In this document: one piece after another, positions 1 through 12,965 of the stretch | How positions within the stretch are numbered: the first letter of the stretch is position 1 | How the letters are laid out: each line of letters opens with the position of its first letter | NCBI RefSeq assembly: GCF_001194135.2 | Contig: NC_068982.1 | Location: 166,335,029-166,399,028, forward strand | Source of the DNA: Octopus bimaculoides | Taxonomy: Eukaryota | Direction: 5' to 3' | DNA length: 64,000 nt | Notes under the pieces: generated by a model | Told to the model about the DNA's origin: nothing | The model's input: the letters and a program-made list of their open reading frames with translations, nothing else | Databases searched by the model: none | Made by a program: the position numbers and the translations under genes

Positions 1-17
1 GGCTAGGGCTTGGCTGC

Positions 18-59
18 TCTGCATTGACAAGGGGCAACACCCTGAAACTAGTCTGCAGA
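18..59 (+). ncRNA. Decayed minimal type I hammerhead ribozyme-like motif (Penelope-type)
   Basis: TCTGCA-[TTGACAA]-GGGG caaca CCCT-GAAA-C ta G-TC-TGCAGA. Stem I is TCTGCA/TGCAGA, stem II GGGG/CCCT, stem III the palindrome ACTAGT, cleavage triplet GTC. The core differs from CUGANGA at 2 positions. Confidence 0.6.
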
Positions 60-704
60 TGCCAAACCAGCAGGGGGACACTGCTGACCTCCCCTGTTCG
101 AAGGTTATAAAGGACACAGGTTCGTGTGTCACATAGCTAGCTAGAGGCGATGGCTTCTTGGAGCTAATTCACGGCAGCTTTCGTCCTAATTTTGGGACTG
201 CCATGTTGGCTTGGCGATAACTATATATATATATATATATATATATCAGTTCTTAATGACGGGTGAATTTCCTTCATGGAAGTTGATACTCCAGCAGTTG
301 CTACAGAAGCGAGCAATCAAAACAAAGGGGAAGTCGCCCTTACCGTTTTCTTCTTGTGTTGTTTACTGTCTATGCTGTTTGCAGTAGTAAGTAGACAGAC
401 AGTGAAATAGAGGAGAAAGACAGTGATGTTAACGTTCTGCCGGTCATTTCAGCAGCCGTCGAGAAAGACAGTGATGTTATAGGGTGCAAATGTGAGCTGG
501 TGTAAGGGTAAAGAGCAGTTGTATATCGCCGCAGTCGCCTGTCTGGTCATATCTTCGCGAACTCCTTCAACGAATTCCTTTCATGCACTGACTTTGGCTA
601 ATTTTCTGTATTTATAATGATCGCAACATAGTGAGAATGAGAGACATATCGCTCTCAAAACAATGGAAACTGCTGCAGGTATCTTCTTTATCTTTTGTCA
701 ACTA

Positions 705-1111
705 GGCGCAGGAGTGGCTGTGTGGTTAGTAGCTCGCTTACCAACCACATGGTTCCGGGTTCAGTCCCACTGCGTGGCACCTTGGGCAAGTGTCTTCTAC
801 TATAGCCTCGGGCCGACCAAAGCCTTGTGAGTGGATTTGGTAGACGGAAACTGAAAGAAGCCCGTCGTATATGTGTATATATATGTATGTATGTGTGTTT
901 GTGTGTCTGTGTTTGTCCCCCCCCCCATCGCTTGACAACTGATGCTGGTGTGTTTACGTCCCCGTAACTTAGCGGTTCGGCAAAAAGAGACCGATAGAAT
1001 AAGTACTAGGCTTACAAAGAATAAGTCCTGGGGTCGATTTGCTCGACTAAAAGGCGGTGCTCCAGCATGGCCACAGTCAAATGACTGAAACAAGTAAAAG
1101 AGTAAAAGAGT
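705..1111 (+). mobile_element. tRNA-derived SINE family A (internal microsatellite, GTAAAAGA tail)
   Basis: A-box TGGCTGTGTGG and B-box GGTTCAGTCCC; near-identical copies at 25890-26313 and 40299-40708 on the - strand. Confidence 0.9.
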
Positions 1112-1395
1112 ATTGTTTGTATAGGAGGGGTTAAAAGGGTCAGTCAAGTGGAGAATACATAAATCGGCTTGGCATAGGCCATGTGCTGAGTGTCTCAGCT
1201 GTCAATTATTGTCTTTCTCTGAGAAAGTAGTGTGGTAAGTCAAAAGGACATTCTGTAGATTCAGGTTCGAATCAATATGCCTAAATGAAAATTCACTTTT
1301 TTCTTTCCAAGTAAAACATTTTAGTAACAATATATATCGTGTTTAAAATCCGAAAGAAGCACACTCTAAGATGTAGAACAGTATATATTAAAAAT

Positions 1396-1636
1396 GGGGA
1401 AGGCCGGTTTATCGGATTACTTTAGGTTTCCCGTCCATAAAGGGTTAGCTTTATGGCGTATCGTCAGACCCCAAAAACCTGTTGGCCTATGACCTCTTAA
1501 AAATATGGAGACAAATCCCCCTCCATATCTTTAAGAGGTCATAGGCCAACAGGTTTTGGGGGATCTGACGATACGCCATAAAGCTAAACCCTTTATGGAT
1601 GGGAAACCTAAAGTAATCCCATAAACCGGCCTCCCC
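1396..1636. repeat. Long near-perfect inverted repeat (foldback/MITE-like)
   Basis: Arm 1396-1510 is the reverse complement of arm 1521-1636 with few mismatches; 10-nt spacer. Confidence 0.9.
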
Positions 1637-4600
1637 CCCCCCCCACACACACACACACTCTCACGCATTTTGTATCGGTGACTCACCTGTTTTATATTTA
1701 TCCATCATCCCCTTGACTCTCTGTTTTATTTTATTTGCCTGCCATTCAAGTCGTACAACATGTGAATTTTCATAAACCCACCGTTCTTTAACGGGATACT
1801 GAGAATGAAACGTAAAGTGAATCGGGGACCGAAAAACATATGAATCACTTGCATGATATTTGTTCAACGAGTACTCACCTCCAAATTTCTGAGTAGTGCA
1901 CTAAAGTATATTAGCTGTTCAACTTTATTCATAAATCAACCTTAAGCAATTCCAGTGCCACAAAGGATGAGGTGTTAGGATAGCTTTCATTTAAGAATTA
2001 TTGTTCTATACCATATTCATAGAAAAGCAGTTTATCTGATAGATATACCTACAATTTTTTCTCTCTTTTTCTTTCTCTCCCTCCCTCTCTCTCCCTCCAT
2101 CCTCCTGGTCTTCTATCTATATCGCTTCAACAGCTTGTATAACGGTCTATGCTCCTCAGATATATTGACACTACACTTTTTTCTTCTAAACTCACCTGAC
2201 ACACATTTTGCTTCCTCTATTCTGTCTTCCCGAGTGAAAATGAGCAATAGAATTTATAAACAAGCACCGGTCTACAGCACTTCGAATCCTATTGAAAGTA
2301 CAAAAAAGAAATCAATTATCTAGTTTATGTTATGTATAAACCTATATGTATGATATTTGTTGGTGAGATGAAGTAGCCTAGCGCTTCAGAAAAAGCTCTT
2401 CCCTGCCGTTTGCTTTTATTCCCCTCCTATAAATACTTTGTTCAATCCTTTACCAGAACATTCCCATTTGAAATTTTTCCCTCTGCTTCGTAATTTTCCT
2501 CTATCTGCTGATAAATCTCTGCGGACTAGTATAATGGACTCCGTTTGAATTTCAGAATTCAGTGGAATGAACAGTCAAAAGTGACCTTTAATAATTTATT
2601 TCCCCGTTCTCCCCACAATAGACATTATTTGTCAGATAAACAAATATTTATTTTCTAAAAACCATTGGATTGCAAACACATTGCCCATTTAACCAAGTGG
2701 CGTATACTTGTGTAATATAATACGATGGGGAATTTTCCTTGAGAAATCAAGTGTGTTGGTGACACAAAAACACGATATTAATTCCTGCTTCTTCAGAGAA
2801 CAATGAGCGGCGACGTTTTTGCTTTAACATCTACGGAAATGGTATTTTCGTCACTTGAAATTTTAGTATACCACACCTTTCGCCTCTTATTGCTACTATT
2901 ACTTCTATTACCATTGTGTATACAATAAGTCGTCAAACGGGCTTAAGTAAGAAATTTCGTAGTTTCTTTTTGTTTTAATATCCGGTTTGTACGTAGTAAA
3001 CATGTTTTGATATTTTCATATTTACCAAAGATCATTAAATAAGATTCCCGGATGTTGACCTTTTGCGGTTTTTTTATGATTTTTGTTATCTATTGGGATC
3101 TGTCAACAGGCAACAAACATCTTATATTATCGATTAAACTAAGCAGATCAATACGCTAGAATATTTTCAACTATCCCCAATTAATATACTAATATGAAAG
3201 CATTATATTATTTTAAATTTTCGTTTCTTTTTGACATTGTAAATTTTTTACGGTCTTTTTACCAGACTTGTCCAAACTTTTCAACGCAAATACAATCCGA
3301 TGAATATCAGAAACCGTCTCCTTATAATACAATTTGTTAAATTATATTGAATTATCACTTTTTCTTGTTTACAATAGAATTAAAACTTTTTAGTCTCGTA
3401 TATCAGTAGATGTTTCAAGTTATCATTTTGTAATATGCACCTCCAGTTCGCAACTAGAATGTTCTACATGGGGTGGTATACTTTTCTTGTATAGACATTA
3501 ACACGTACTGTGGAACTTCGGAGTAAATCAACAGGATACTAGCTTGCTGGTTTAAAAGGTTGGCACCAGTATTGAGCTGTTTTTTTTTTTCTATCGAAGA
3601 CACTTAATTCGCGATATTCCTGTCGATAATGTAAATCTGTAAGCGTCTCATGGACCTGGAATGTCTTTCAAAGATGCGTGCTTCTTTCTGACATCATTGA
3701 TTCCTGGATACCCCGTCTATCTCAACTAACATTCACAATTAGGTAATTCCAACAGCTAGGTAAATTGAAGCAAGTAGAATTGAGTATAATGTTCATGTGC
3801 ACAACGAAACGTCTCCATTAGATGCAAGATTTCCAACGCTTTTTACTGTTTGCTGCCTCCTATTATATTTGACATCATGAACGATATGATCTGTATTACT
3901 GATGTATTTACTGGTTAGATGCAGTTCTATTCTAGGCTGCCATATAATTAGTCAAAGGTAATGCTATGGTATGTAGCTGTTAATTGGTAGTGCTAGAGTT
4001 GCACCACATTGTTGATGAAGTGTCTGTATGTTGCCTGCTGCTCTTTGTCAGCAGTGCACATCTGAATGTCTGAGTGCCACTTATGGTCTTATGTTGCTGC
4101 AAACCTCTGAATTATTTGCTGGTGACCTCTTAGCACCACTCATTTATACATTAGGTATAAATGGGATAATAAAGATTCGAGAGTTTCAAATCCAGACCCA
4201 GCCTGAACACATATAAATAAACATCTCTCAAATATGACATCCGACAAATAATGGAGATCAAACTGTTGAAAATGGAATATTTTATAGAACAAGAAAGGTA
4301 AGGATGAGTGCCTGATAATTTGTGTTCAGTTGTTATAGATACTATTTAGCTCCCGGTCAGCTCTTATCTTACAAAGCTGTACATTTTTTAAGATAATCGC
4401 GTGTGATTTGAGAGATTTAGAGACTGTTCTATTAGACTGCATAAAGACTTCGTTTTTTGACGTGTTTGAATTAGATATAAATATTATCTTCCTGCCTTTA
4501 CTAACCTCGGTATCTAACATAGATCCAAAGAGATTAATAAATAATGTTTGCTGATTTGTAAGTAACTAAAACTTAACAGTAGGATACACGGAATACAGAA

Positions 4601-6508
4601 TAATAGTCAGATTGCGTGGTATAATTGATTTCTGTAATCAACGAATTTATGCAGCCACTGTGTGAAAGTTATAAATGGATATGATTACTATAGCTGATAG
4701 GAATCGTGAGAATCAAAGATGTTTATATCTATTTTAAATTTTGCGACTCTTAGTTGAGGGATTGGAGTTTCGTATCCTGTCAGCTATTCTATGAACATTT
4801 TAAGGTCAAACACCTTAACTCTCAATAGCCAAGTTCGCCTAGAGTAGCAGAAAAAGATGAGAGTAGGATGGGTTCGAGAGGGTGTTCCAAAAACTCATTG
4901 GTTTTTAGATCTTACTACAGCAATCGAAACTTAATACAGAGTAGTGAAAGTATAGATATCTTCATCAGTAATAATGAACCCGTCCTTGGCCAAATAGTTT
5001 CTAACTGAACAGTATAGATTATCAAGTCTTGATTTTGCTTTCGTATCTGACCATCATAGAGATAGTCACACGAGTGAGGAAAAATTTTGAACATGTTTTA
5101 ATTGGAAACCTAACAGAATAAGGGAACGTTGTAAACTTCTTCGTTCTCTCCATATACGTTTTCTGTGCTTGCCACTTGTAATTTTATATTTATTTTTTAA
5201 GATCTCTAACAACAATATTTTGACCTATACAATAGATCAGAATTCTTATGCAGATATTGTTCCAGTTGCGCCAAATAAAATAAAAATTAGAAATTGTTCC
5301 AAATATATGTACTATAACTTTATTTCTTTAAAATTCCACATCTCTTTAGAACTTTAGGTCAGTAGAAACAAGATAGCATAGTCTAAATGTATCAGAGTAA
5401 GCTCTTGTTCTCGTTCTTCGGCGTTCTAAGTTCAAATTTTTCCCAAATCGCCTTTTTCATTCCATCTCTTGATACATCTCAACACTTCCCTAAAGACTTG
5501 TGGGTTTATGCCTGTGCAAGAAGTCCTTACTGATGATAATGTTACTGAGTGCTGGACAAAATGCTTTACAATAAGACTCGTCAATCATAGGCAACAAATC
5601 GAGAGAGTCGTTAGAGTGTTGTATAATTGTCTCACAGTGTGTTTCGTTTCTTTGAACTCTGAGATCAAATCCATCCGAGGCCAACTTTACGTTTCACCCT
5701 TTCACAGTCAATGAAAAAGAGAAACAGTCCAGAACAAAGCATTGGCGGGACTGTAGGAACGTAGACCAAGATTTCTTTGTTCCAGCTCTTTGCGTACTAG
5801 GTTCAAATTCCACCATGGCCTACTTGGCTGATAGATTTCATCGTTTGCCGGGTTTAACATCACCACTTGGTATCTTGGCCTCTGGTTTAAGAATACCTTC
5901 CTCCACTCTGCAACTAATCTCGAAAGCCTTATAAAGGGGTATGGACACTGCCTTTCTTTCCTGACTAAGAGAGGAAAAAGAAATCAGTGAATACCAATAA
6001 CATAACTCTCATTTCAATTGTATTTCCAAATACAAATCTTTTCTCATATCTCTTTGTGTATGTATATGCATGGTTAAATGTTTCTGTGTGTACGTGTGCT
6101 AAACTTCTATATGATATGTATTTGTGTGTGTGTGTGTGTAATGTATGCGCTCACGCGTATGCCTGCGTTTTTATTTTATTGCATATGCAAAAATAAATCA
6201 TACTCGGTCAATAAAAATTGATGTATTGGAGATGGGAAGAAGAGGAACAAGGGACATGTAAATGTTTAGGTTCCAATTATCTTGATTTTGGTTAACATCA
6301 AACTCCCAGCATGACTTCTTTCGAAATAAACTTTACTCATTAATGCAAGTTTTTGCACTTGTTATCTGAAAGAGACTTCATGTACAGTGACTTTAATTTA
6401 TTCAGAACGGGGTTTTAGGAACAATTTACTATATAGTCGACTAGAGAAAATAAACTAGGGACCTAATAATTAATAATAGAAACACACTCGCGTACGTACA
6501 TACATACA

Positions 6509-6551
<43 letters not shown>

Positions 6552-7829
6552 GTCAAAATATATTTGTTGATTATGTCCTCGGGGTTTTTTGGTGTTATTC
6601 TAATTTAAAATCTATAGAGTGAAGTAGACCAATAAATCCTGAACGTACTTCAATAAATAATACCCCCGGGAAATGATTCTTTTTTGGAAAATACATTGTC
6701 TTAGATTATCAGTTTTTTCCTTTATTTTTCTCTTCTTACACATTACAGTGGTCAACGTTACTGCTATTCCATTTCTGGAGAAAGACAGAGAAACGGAATA
6801 TAATGCACTTAAAAATTTATCCTGTCGTGTTATTTTGTTTTTGTTTGTTTTTTTTTGTGAGCTGGAGATAACGCAAAGAATGTTCCAGAAGCCTTGGAAG
6901 AATATAAACGAATTTATTAAGTCTTCTGTGAGTTTCGATAGTTAATTCAATATGCTTGCTTATTTGAGAGAGAGAGAAAGAAAGAATGAAAGTGCTCCAA
7001 CACCTTCAAACCACAAGATGGCATACAGTGTTTCTCTAAATGATTTCTAACAGAATCACATTACAAAATTTGAGACATTCTTTGATTATTTGAAGCAAAT
7101 TCACTCTCATCGTCTGCATTTGTTTCGAGTATTCGAACGAAACTGCTCGAGTCACTTCCCTCTCAGATTTTAAAGTGCATTTGTTCAGGCTGGATATTTG
7201 TTAGCAGCATTGATCTCACACCATTATGGGAAGACCTGGAAAAGTAATCGGCATTACCTTTCTGCTTAAATTATTTAGTAAAAGAAGTTTTCTAAATACT
7301 GGAACGAGGTTGATGTGGGAACAATTTCCTTTGCTCTGCTTTTACTAAATGTAAACACCCTATCTTTTTTGTACATTGCGAACTGCATTTCTTCATGTGT
7401 ATTTCGTTAAGACAACAGGATATGATTAGAGGAAGATCTGGTTACTATTTCTAGCAGATCAACTTACCATTTAGCGGCTCTCTCGTAAGCTTATACATCA
7501 CAAAAACTAAATACCTGAAAGTCTCTTTATATTCTCAATTCAGATCATACCTTTCATCATTCAAAGGTCGATAGAATAAAGTACCAATCAAGTATTTGTG
7601 TCAATCTAATTGATAATACCCACCATCCCATGAAATTTAATTTTGACCAAATAATTTCTGATCTTATGCCATCGTTAGAAATCATATAAGACTCGTGGGC
7701 GACAGAATTAATAAAGTATCGTACAAAATAGTCAGCTTTTCAGTTCATCTTTCAAGAGTCAAAAAAAAATAAGTTGCAATTATCTTCTGCTCAAGCCGAA
7801 ATGTATGATCTTTATAAATTATGACAGAG

Positions 7830-8000
7830 AGTTGGCAGAATCGTTAGAGCAACAAAATGCCTAGCGGTATTTCTTCCGATTCATTACGTTCAGAGTTCAA
7901 ATTCCGCCGGAGTTGACTTTGCCTTTCATCCCTCCGAGATCGATGGTATCGGCTAACCCCACTCCCTTTTATATTGTTGGCTATGTGCCTAAATTAATCA
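7830..8000 (+). mobile_element. SINE family C fragment
   Basis: GGCAGAATCGTTAG...GAGTTCAAATTCCGCC...GACTTTGCCTTTCATCC motif shared with copies at 24.3, 39.4, 44.1 and 61.2 kb. Confidence 0.75.
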
Positions 8001-9638
8001 TCAAAAATAACTAAGACTCTGGATTTGCCTATGCTAGTTGACTAACAACAGTGCCTGCCAACTCCTATCTATCAGCACCTTCAAGTATTTTCTTTAACTC
8101 GAGTTAAATCCCAAACAATTGAAGGAAGATGCTAACGGCTACACCACTACCCAAACTTATCACTGGTGAGAAGTTTAAGTATAAAAGGAATGATTTCCGT
8201 AACTGATTGATTTCTCTTTCAACAAGTTATTCTTGGGTAACGATTGGCAACTTCTTTTGGTAATGGTCCATTATTTCCAGGGGAGGGACCCACATGCTCA
8301 TCAGATTTTGCATATAAAAATATCTCCGCGTATTCCTGCCCCATTTCCATCACTAGGAATGCTTATGTAAGCTAAAATTAAACAAATCGTAAAACAAAAG
8401 ACAATCGAAAATCCACTAACCACTCAATAGCTACAAATTCAGTTTGAAATTTTTTTACGAAAGTTCCGAAGCCCTCAGAAACCCACTCGCGATCCGCGAA
8501 CCAAATATTGCTGATTCCAGATCTTGAGCAAAATCAGCCTCGTAGAATTCGAGGTATATGCACATTTACAGGTGAAGTTGAATTCAACACTGCAAGTTAA
8601 CTAAAACACTCGTTAGTCTTAATGTTGACACTGTTGCTCATCAAGATAACTGAACACTTATCAGCTTTACAGTGCTGCTATTGCTTATAGTGGTGAATTA
8701 TTCCTAACCTACGGAATCTACGTACGTTTATGCTCATTGGGCTGTTATGAAAATTAAGTGTGACGGTGACAGAATACGAACTGGCTGCCTCTTGGCTCGT
8801 TATATCGTATCTAATCGTCTTGTCCATCGTTTTCTTTAATACAATGGACTTGATGTCTAAAGTTTGATGATGATGATTTTATCGAAAATCTGAGTTTGCT
8901 ATCAGCAAGCATTTAATGTTGCAGTATAACTACATGTGTACGTGTTAATACCTATGTGTATTCGTACGTATGCTTGTGTCTGTTCGTATATATACACGCG
9001 TGTGTCCGTGTTCGGTTATGTGCATGTTTTAGTTAGTAAGTATGGATGTAGTTGCTCACATTCGTGTATATCCATATACTTGTGCTCATATGTATGTGTG
9101 TTTCTGCTTGTATGTATGAATGTGTTTTTGTGTTTCCTCTTGACAAGGAACAATTAATGAAGTGGGTAGGCGTTTCAGAACTAGATATGGCCAATACAGA
9201 GAAAGTAAATTACTCGAAGACAATTTGTCTTTCTTGTTATATTCTATTTCCTAGTTTAATGGGTGTTTTCTAAGTTTCTACACATTTTAAAAAGAGAGGT
9301 TGTGGAGTGCAAAAAAAGTGTTATTACAATTATTATTATGCTAAGAAATCATCCTCTTCATCATCATCATTATTATTGTCATGGTTGTATCCAAAAATAA
9401 CAAAAATGAAATGATACCTAGATTTTTGTACAGATGTTGATTATAATAAAAAATATTTTATTCGTACAATGTATGTATATGTGCGCGCGTGTGTGTAATG
9501 AGGTGGGAAAGACGAAGAGAAATCAGCATATATCTATGTATGTTTTTATGTAGGTATTCATACATAATCACGTTTTTCAAGAAAGCTCATTTTCTTCTAT
9601 ACATTTACTTATTGGGCAAGCTCTTTTATTTCTGTCAC

Positions 9639-9676
<38 letters not shown>

Positions 9677-10697
9677 AAGCATGCCTACCTATACACACAT
9701 GCGCGCATACACACACACACACACACACACACACGTACTGTAACTGAAATTAAAATATTTGTTCCACCTAACTTTAATTATGAGAAGCCCGTTTAAAAAA
9801 ATAATGACTATCAAAAACAGGAGTGTGCGTGTATATGTATGTGTGTATGTATGTATATGTGTGTACACACACACTCTAAAATGTTTGGACAAAAACTTCG
9901 AAGTTTGGCCAATAGGGGTGGGAGCTTGTTCAAGCAGTAGACTGACAGTCAGTAATGAGGCTACAGTATCATATATTATTATTAAGAGGAGAATGGAACT
10001 GATCAAAATAGACGTTAAGGCTGAGAAGAACGATGGCAAAAATGATTTGCATGGGGTCAGTACTTTGCTGGATATATGGGTGGGTAGAGAAGAATAGTAT
10101 AGTTGTTGGTAAATGCCAAATAGGAGGAAGGAAGGTAGCTATGATGGAGGTTTTTCGAGGTGGGTATTAATCCTAGAGGTGCTGGTTACATACACACAGG
10201 GGAGACGTTAGAGCAGTATTTATTCCAGTTCCCTATTCAAATCCCGTCAAGGTCAACTTTCGGGCGATAAAATACAAAATCAGAACAAGTGAATAGATGA
10301 AATTCCTTGCGGAATTTGAATCGGCAATATGCGTTCTTAGTTCGCTAATGGTCAACATGCCATCGCCCAGTTTAACACCACCACCACCTGGTCTTTCTGT
10401 GCCTTTAGCAGAATTCACTTTGGTGTAAGCATTTGGATTTGGTGGTCACCGCTTTGAGAATAGTTTCCTGCTTTCATACTGTCAGTCTCAGCCCTCAACT
10501 TCACCAAAAAATGAAAAACATACAGGCTCGGAAACATTGCTCTTTCTTCCACCAAAGCTGTAAGGTGGATGGAGGGAGATGGAAAGGGGGAGGCGGAAGT
10601 GTACTTATTGGATATAGAGGAAGAAGCAGTACCCATTACCTTCGCAGACCTTCTTAGACCGGTGAGATTGATGTCAGTAATGTTCCACTTTAACCTT

Positions 10698-11060
10698 TAC
10701 TAGCACTATAGCCCGGCTTTGCTCGGGATTAAGTTAGGATTACCTGGGTAATACCATCAATTGAGGCAAATTTGGCACCCGGACGTAAGTTTTGTAAGAG
10801 GAATAGAGAGGCCTATCTTCTCCCGCAGATATGTGAGAGTCGGATCTCTCCTTTCGAAAACATGAACAGTTTCGTTTACAAAATAAGGGCTGATCGTTTG
10901 CGAAGGATCGTGTCTACAGTCAGCACTTAGGATTTTTGCTCTGGTAACTTCTGCTCTCTCCCATGTTCACGCACGACCAGCTATATGTCACTATGACTAG
11001 AACAACAGATTCAGCAAATTTGGAAATTAGTTGCGGAGAAACGAAGAATATCGTTTATAT

Positions 11061-11100
<40 letters not shown>

Positions 11101-12072
11101 NNNNNNNNNNNNNNNNNNNNNNNNNNNNNNNNNNNNNNNNNNNNNNNNNNNNNNNNNNNNNNNNNNNNNNNNNNNNNNNNNNNNNNNNNNNNNNNNNNNN
11201 NNNNNNNNNNNNNNNNNNNNNNNNNNNNNNNNNNNNNNNNNNNNNNNNNNNNNNNNNNNNNNNNNNNNNNNNNNNNNNNNNNNNNNNNNNNNNNNNNNNN
11301 NNNNNNNNNNNNNNNNNNNNNNNNNNNNNNNNNNNNNNNNNNNNNNNNNNNNNNNNNNNNNNNNNNNNNNNNNNNNNNNNNNNNNNNNNNNNNNNNNNNN
11401 NNNNNNNNNNNNNNNNNNNNNNNNNNNNNNNNNNNNNNNNNNNNNNNNNNNNNNNNNNNNNNNNNNNNNNNNNNNNNNNNNNNNNNNNNNNNNNNNNNNN
11501 NNNNNNNNNNNNNNNNNNNNNNNNNNNNNNNNNNNNNNNNNNNNNNNNNNNNNNNNNNNNNNNNNNNNNNNNNNNNNNNNNNNNNNNNNNNNNNNNNNNN
11601 NNNNNNNNNNNNNNNNNNNNNNNNNNNNNNNNNNNNNNNNNNNNNNNNNNNNNNNNNNNNNNNNNNNNNNNNNNNNNNNNNNNNNNNNNNNNNNNNNNNN
11701 NNNNNNNNNNNNNNNNNNNNNNNNNNNNNNNNNNNNNNNNNNNNNNNNNNNNNNNNNNNNNNNNNNNNNNNNNNNNNNNNNNNNNNNNNNNNNNNNNNNN
11801 NNNNNNNNNNNNNNNNNNNNNNNNNNNNNNNNNNNNNNNNNNNNNNNNNNNNNNNNNNNNNNNNNNNNNNNNNNNNNNNNNNNNNNNNNNNNNNNNNNNN
11901 NNNNNNNNNNNNNNNNNNNNNNNNNNNNNNNNNNNNNNNNNNNNNNNNNNNNNNNNNNNNNNNNNNNNNNNNNNNNNNNNNNNNNNNNNNNNNNNNNNNN
12001 NNNNNNNNNNNNNNNNNNNNNNNNNNNNNNNNNNNNNNNNNNNNNNNNNNNNNNNNNNNNNNNNNNNNNNNN

Positions 12073-12111
<39 letters not shown>

Positions 12112-12354
12112 CCTCTCCCTCTTTACACCGTCCCTAGAAGGGGACTTAACTCATGTTTACAAATGCTAGTGTATTCCTCCGAGTTGAAAATTGTTAGAAG
12201 TTATGGTTTCAAATTATTTTTAATGCAAAAATTCACCCTTTAGGAAGCAAAAACTAAAAAATAAATGGCCGATTCCGGGCATTTTCGACCATGAGGAATC
12301 CATTGGTGCGACTCCCAGATTGCTATCTTGTAAGGTGTGGATTTCTATAGATGC

Positions 12355-12392
<38 letters not shown>

Positions 12393-12400
12393 AACTCAGC
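10698..12400 (+). mobile_element. Non-autonomous Helitron/Helentron-derived element spanning a gap
   Basis: 5' ACTAGC..CCCGGCTTTGCTCGGG hairpin. 10963-11060 encodes FTHDQLYVTMTR...GETKNIVY, similar to the Helitron helicase C-terminus (FSHGQLYVALSR...TKNIVY). A microsatellite-rich 3' part follows the gap; joining across the gap is inferred. Confidence 0.65.
11101..12071. other. Assembly gap (N run)
   Basis: 971 N flanked by (TA)n and (CT)n. Confidence 1.
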
Positions 12401-12897
12401 TTTACAATATGTACTGATGATACTGACACTGATTATAGCAAAGATAGGTGCAGTGATGGAATTTTAGAGATTCAACGTTATGGAAAGGAAAAACAAAACT
12501 GAGATTAGTGGTGAGTACATGGTCTGGGTTGTTGAACACAATAAAGGTAATAAAAGGGGCAGAGATGAGTAGGCTGGGAATTTCTGAATGGGGTAAATTG
12601 AGTTCAATTAGCCTCGAAGAGTAGAGGCAACTGTAGTTACAGGAGAAGGATTGCACCTGTAATTCAGAAGTACGGCGTTGTCACACGCTGATTCTACCTG
12701 GGAATTATATTAATAGTACACGTGTCTGTGGAGTGTTCTGTCACTTACATGTTAACTCAATGAGCAGATAAATCAGTTTATCGAACTTTTGAATCCTCGC
12801 TGTCGAAACTAACAGAGAACCATAGATAGAAATCAAATACACTCATCATATACATACATTATTCTCATATTTTTAACACGCCTGTGCGTGTATTGAA

Positions 12898-12965
12898 AGA
12901 GAGACAGACAGAGAGAGAGAGAGACAGAGAGAGAGACAGAGAGAGAGAGACAGAGAGAGAGAGAG
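12898..12965. repeat. (GA)n/(GACA)n compound microsatellite
   Basis: Seen directly. Confidence 0.9.

Noticed and set aside
738-1147. ORFs within SINE-A copies (also 26025-26543 and 40411-40716)
   Set aside because: Recurrent translations of the same SINE consensus
2797-2842. ttcag|agaacaATG AGC GGC GAC...ATG|gtattt (MSGDVFALTSTEM) as a first exon of the MIEAP-like gene
   Set aside because: It ends in phase 0 while exon 26617 needs phase 1; no linking exon was found and there is no homology evidence
6673-6945. Hydrophobic 90-aa ORF resembling a signal-peptide protein
   Set aside because: Typical T-rich non-coding translation, with no splice context or homology
10297-10428. Short ORF MKFLAEFES...PPPPGLSV with a gtaagc donor
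   Set aside because: No acceptor tract, wrong phase for the downstream exon and no recognisable homology; it sits among degraded repeats
10963-12243. Long ORF-track entries (368-426 aa) and similar ones at 17790-18512, 24598-25191, 33603-34019 and 54069-54630
   Set aside because: They stay open only because they run through N gaps and microsatellites
12420-12660. Purine-rich stretch with a strong GTG|gtgagt donor
   Set aside because: Stops in all usable frames; more likely an old TE remnant
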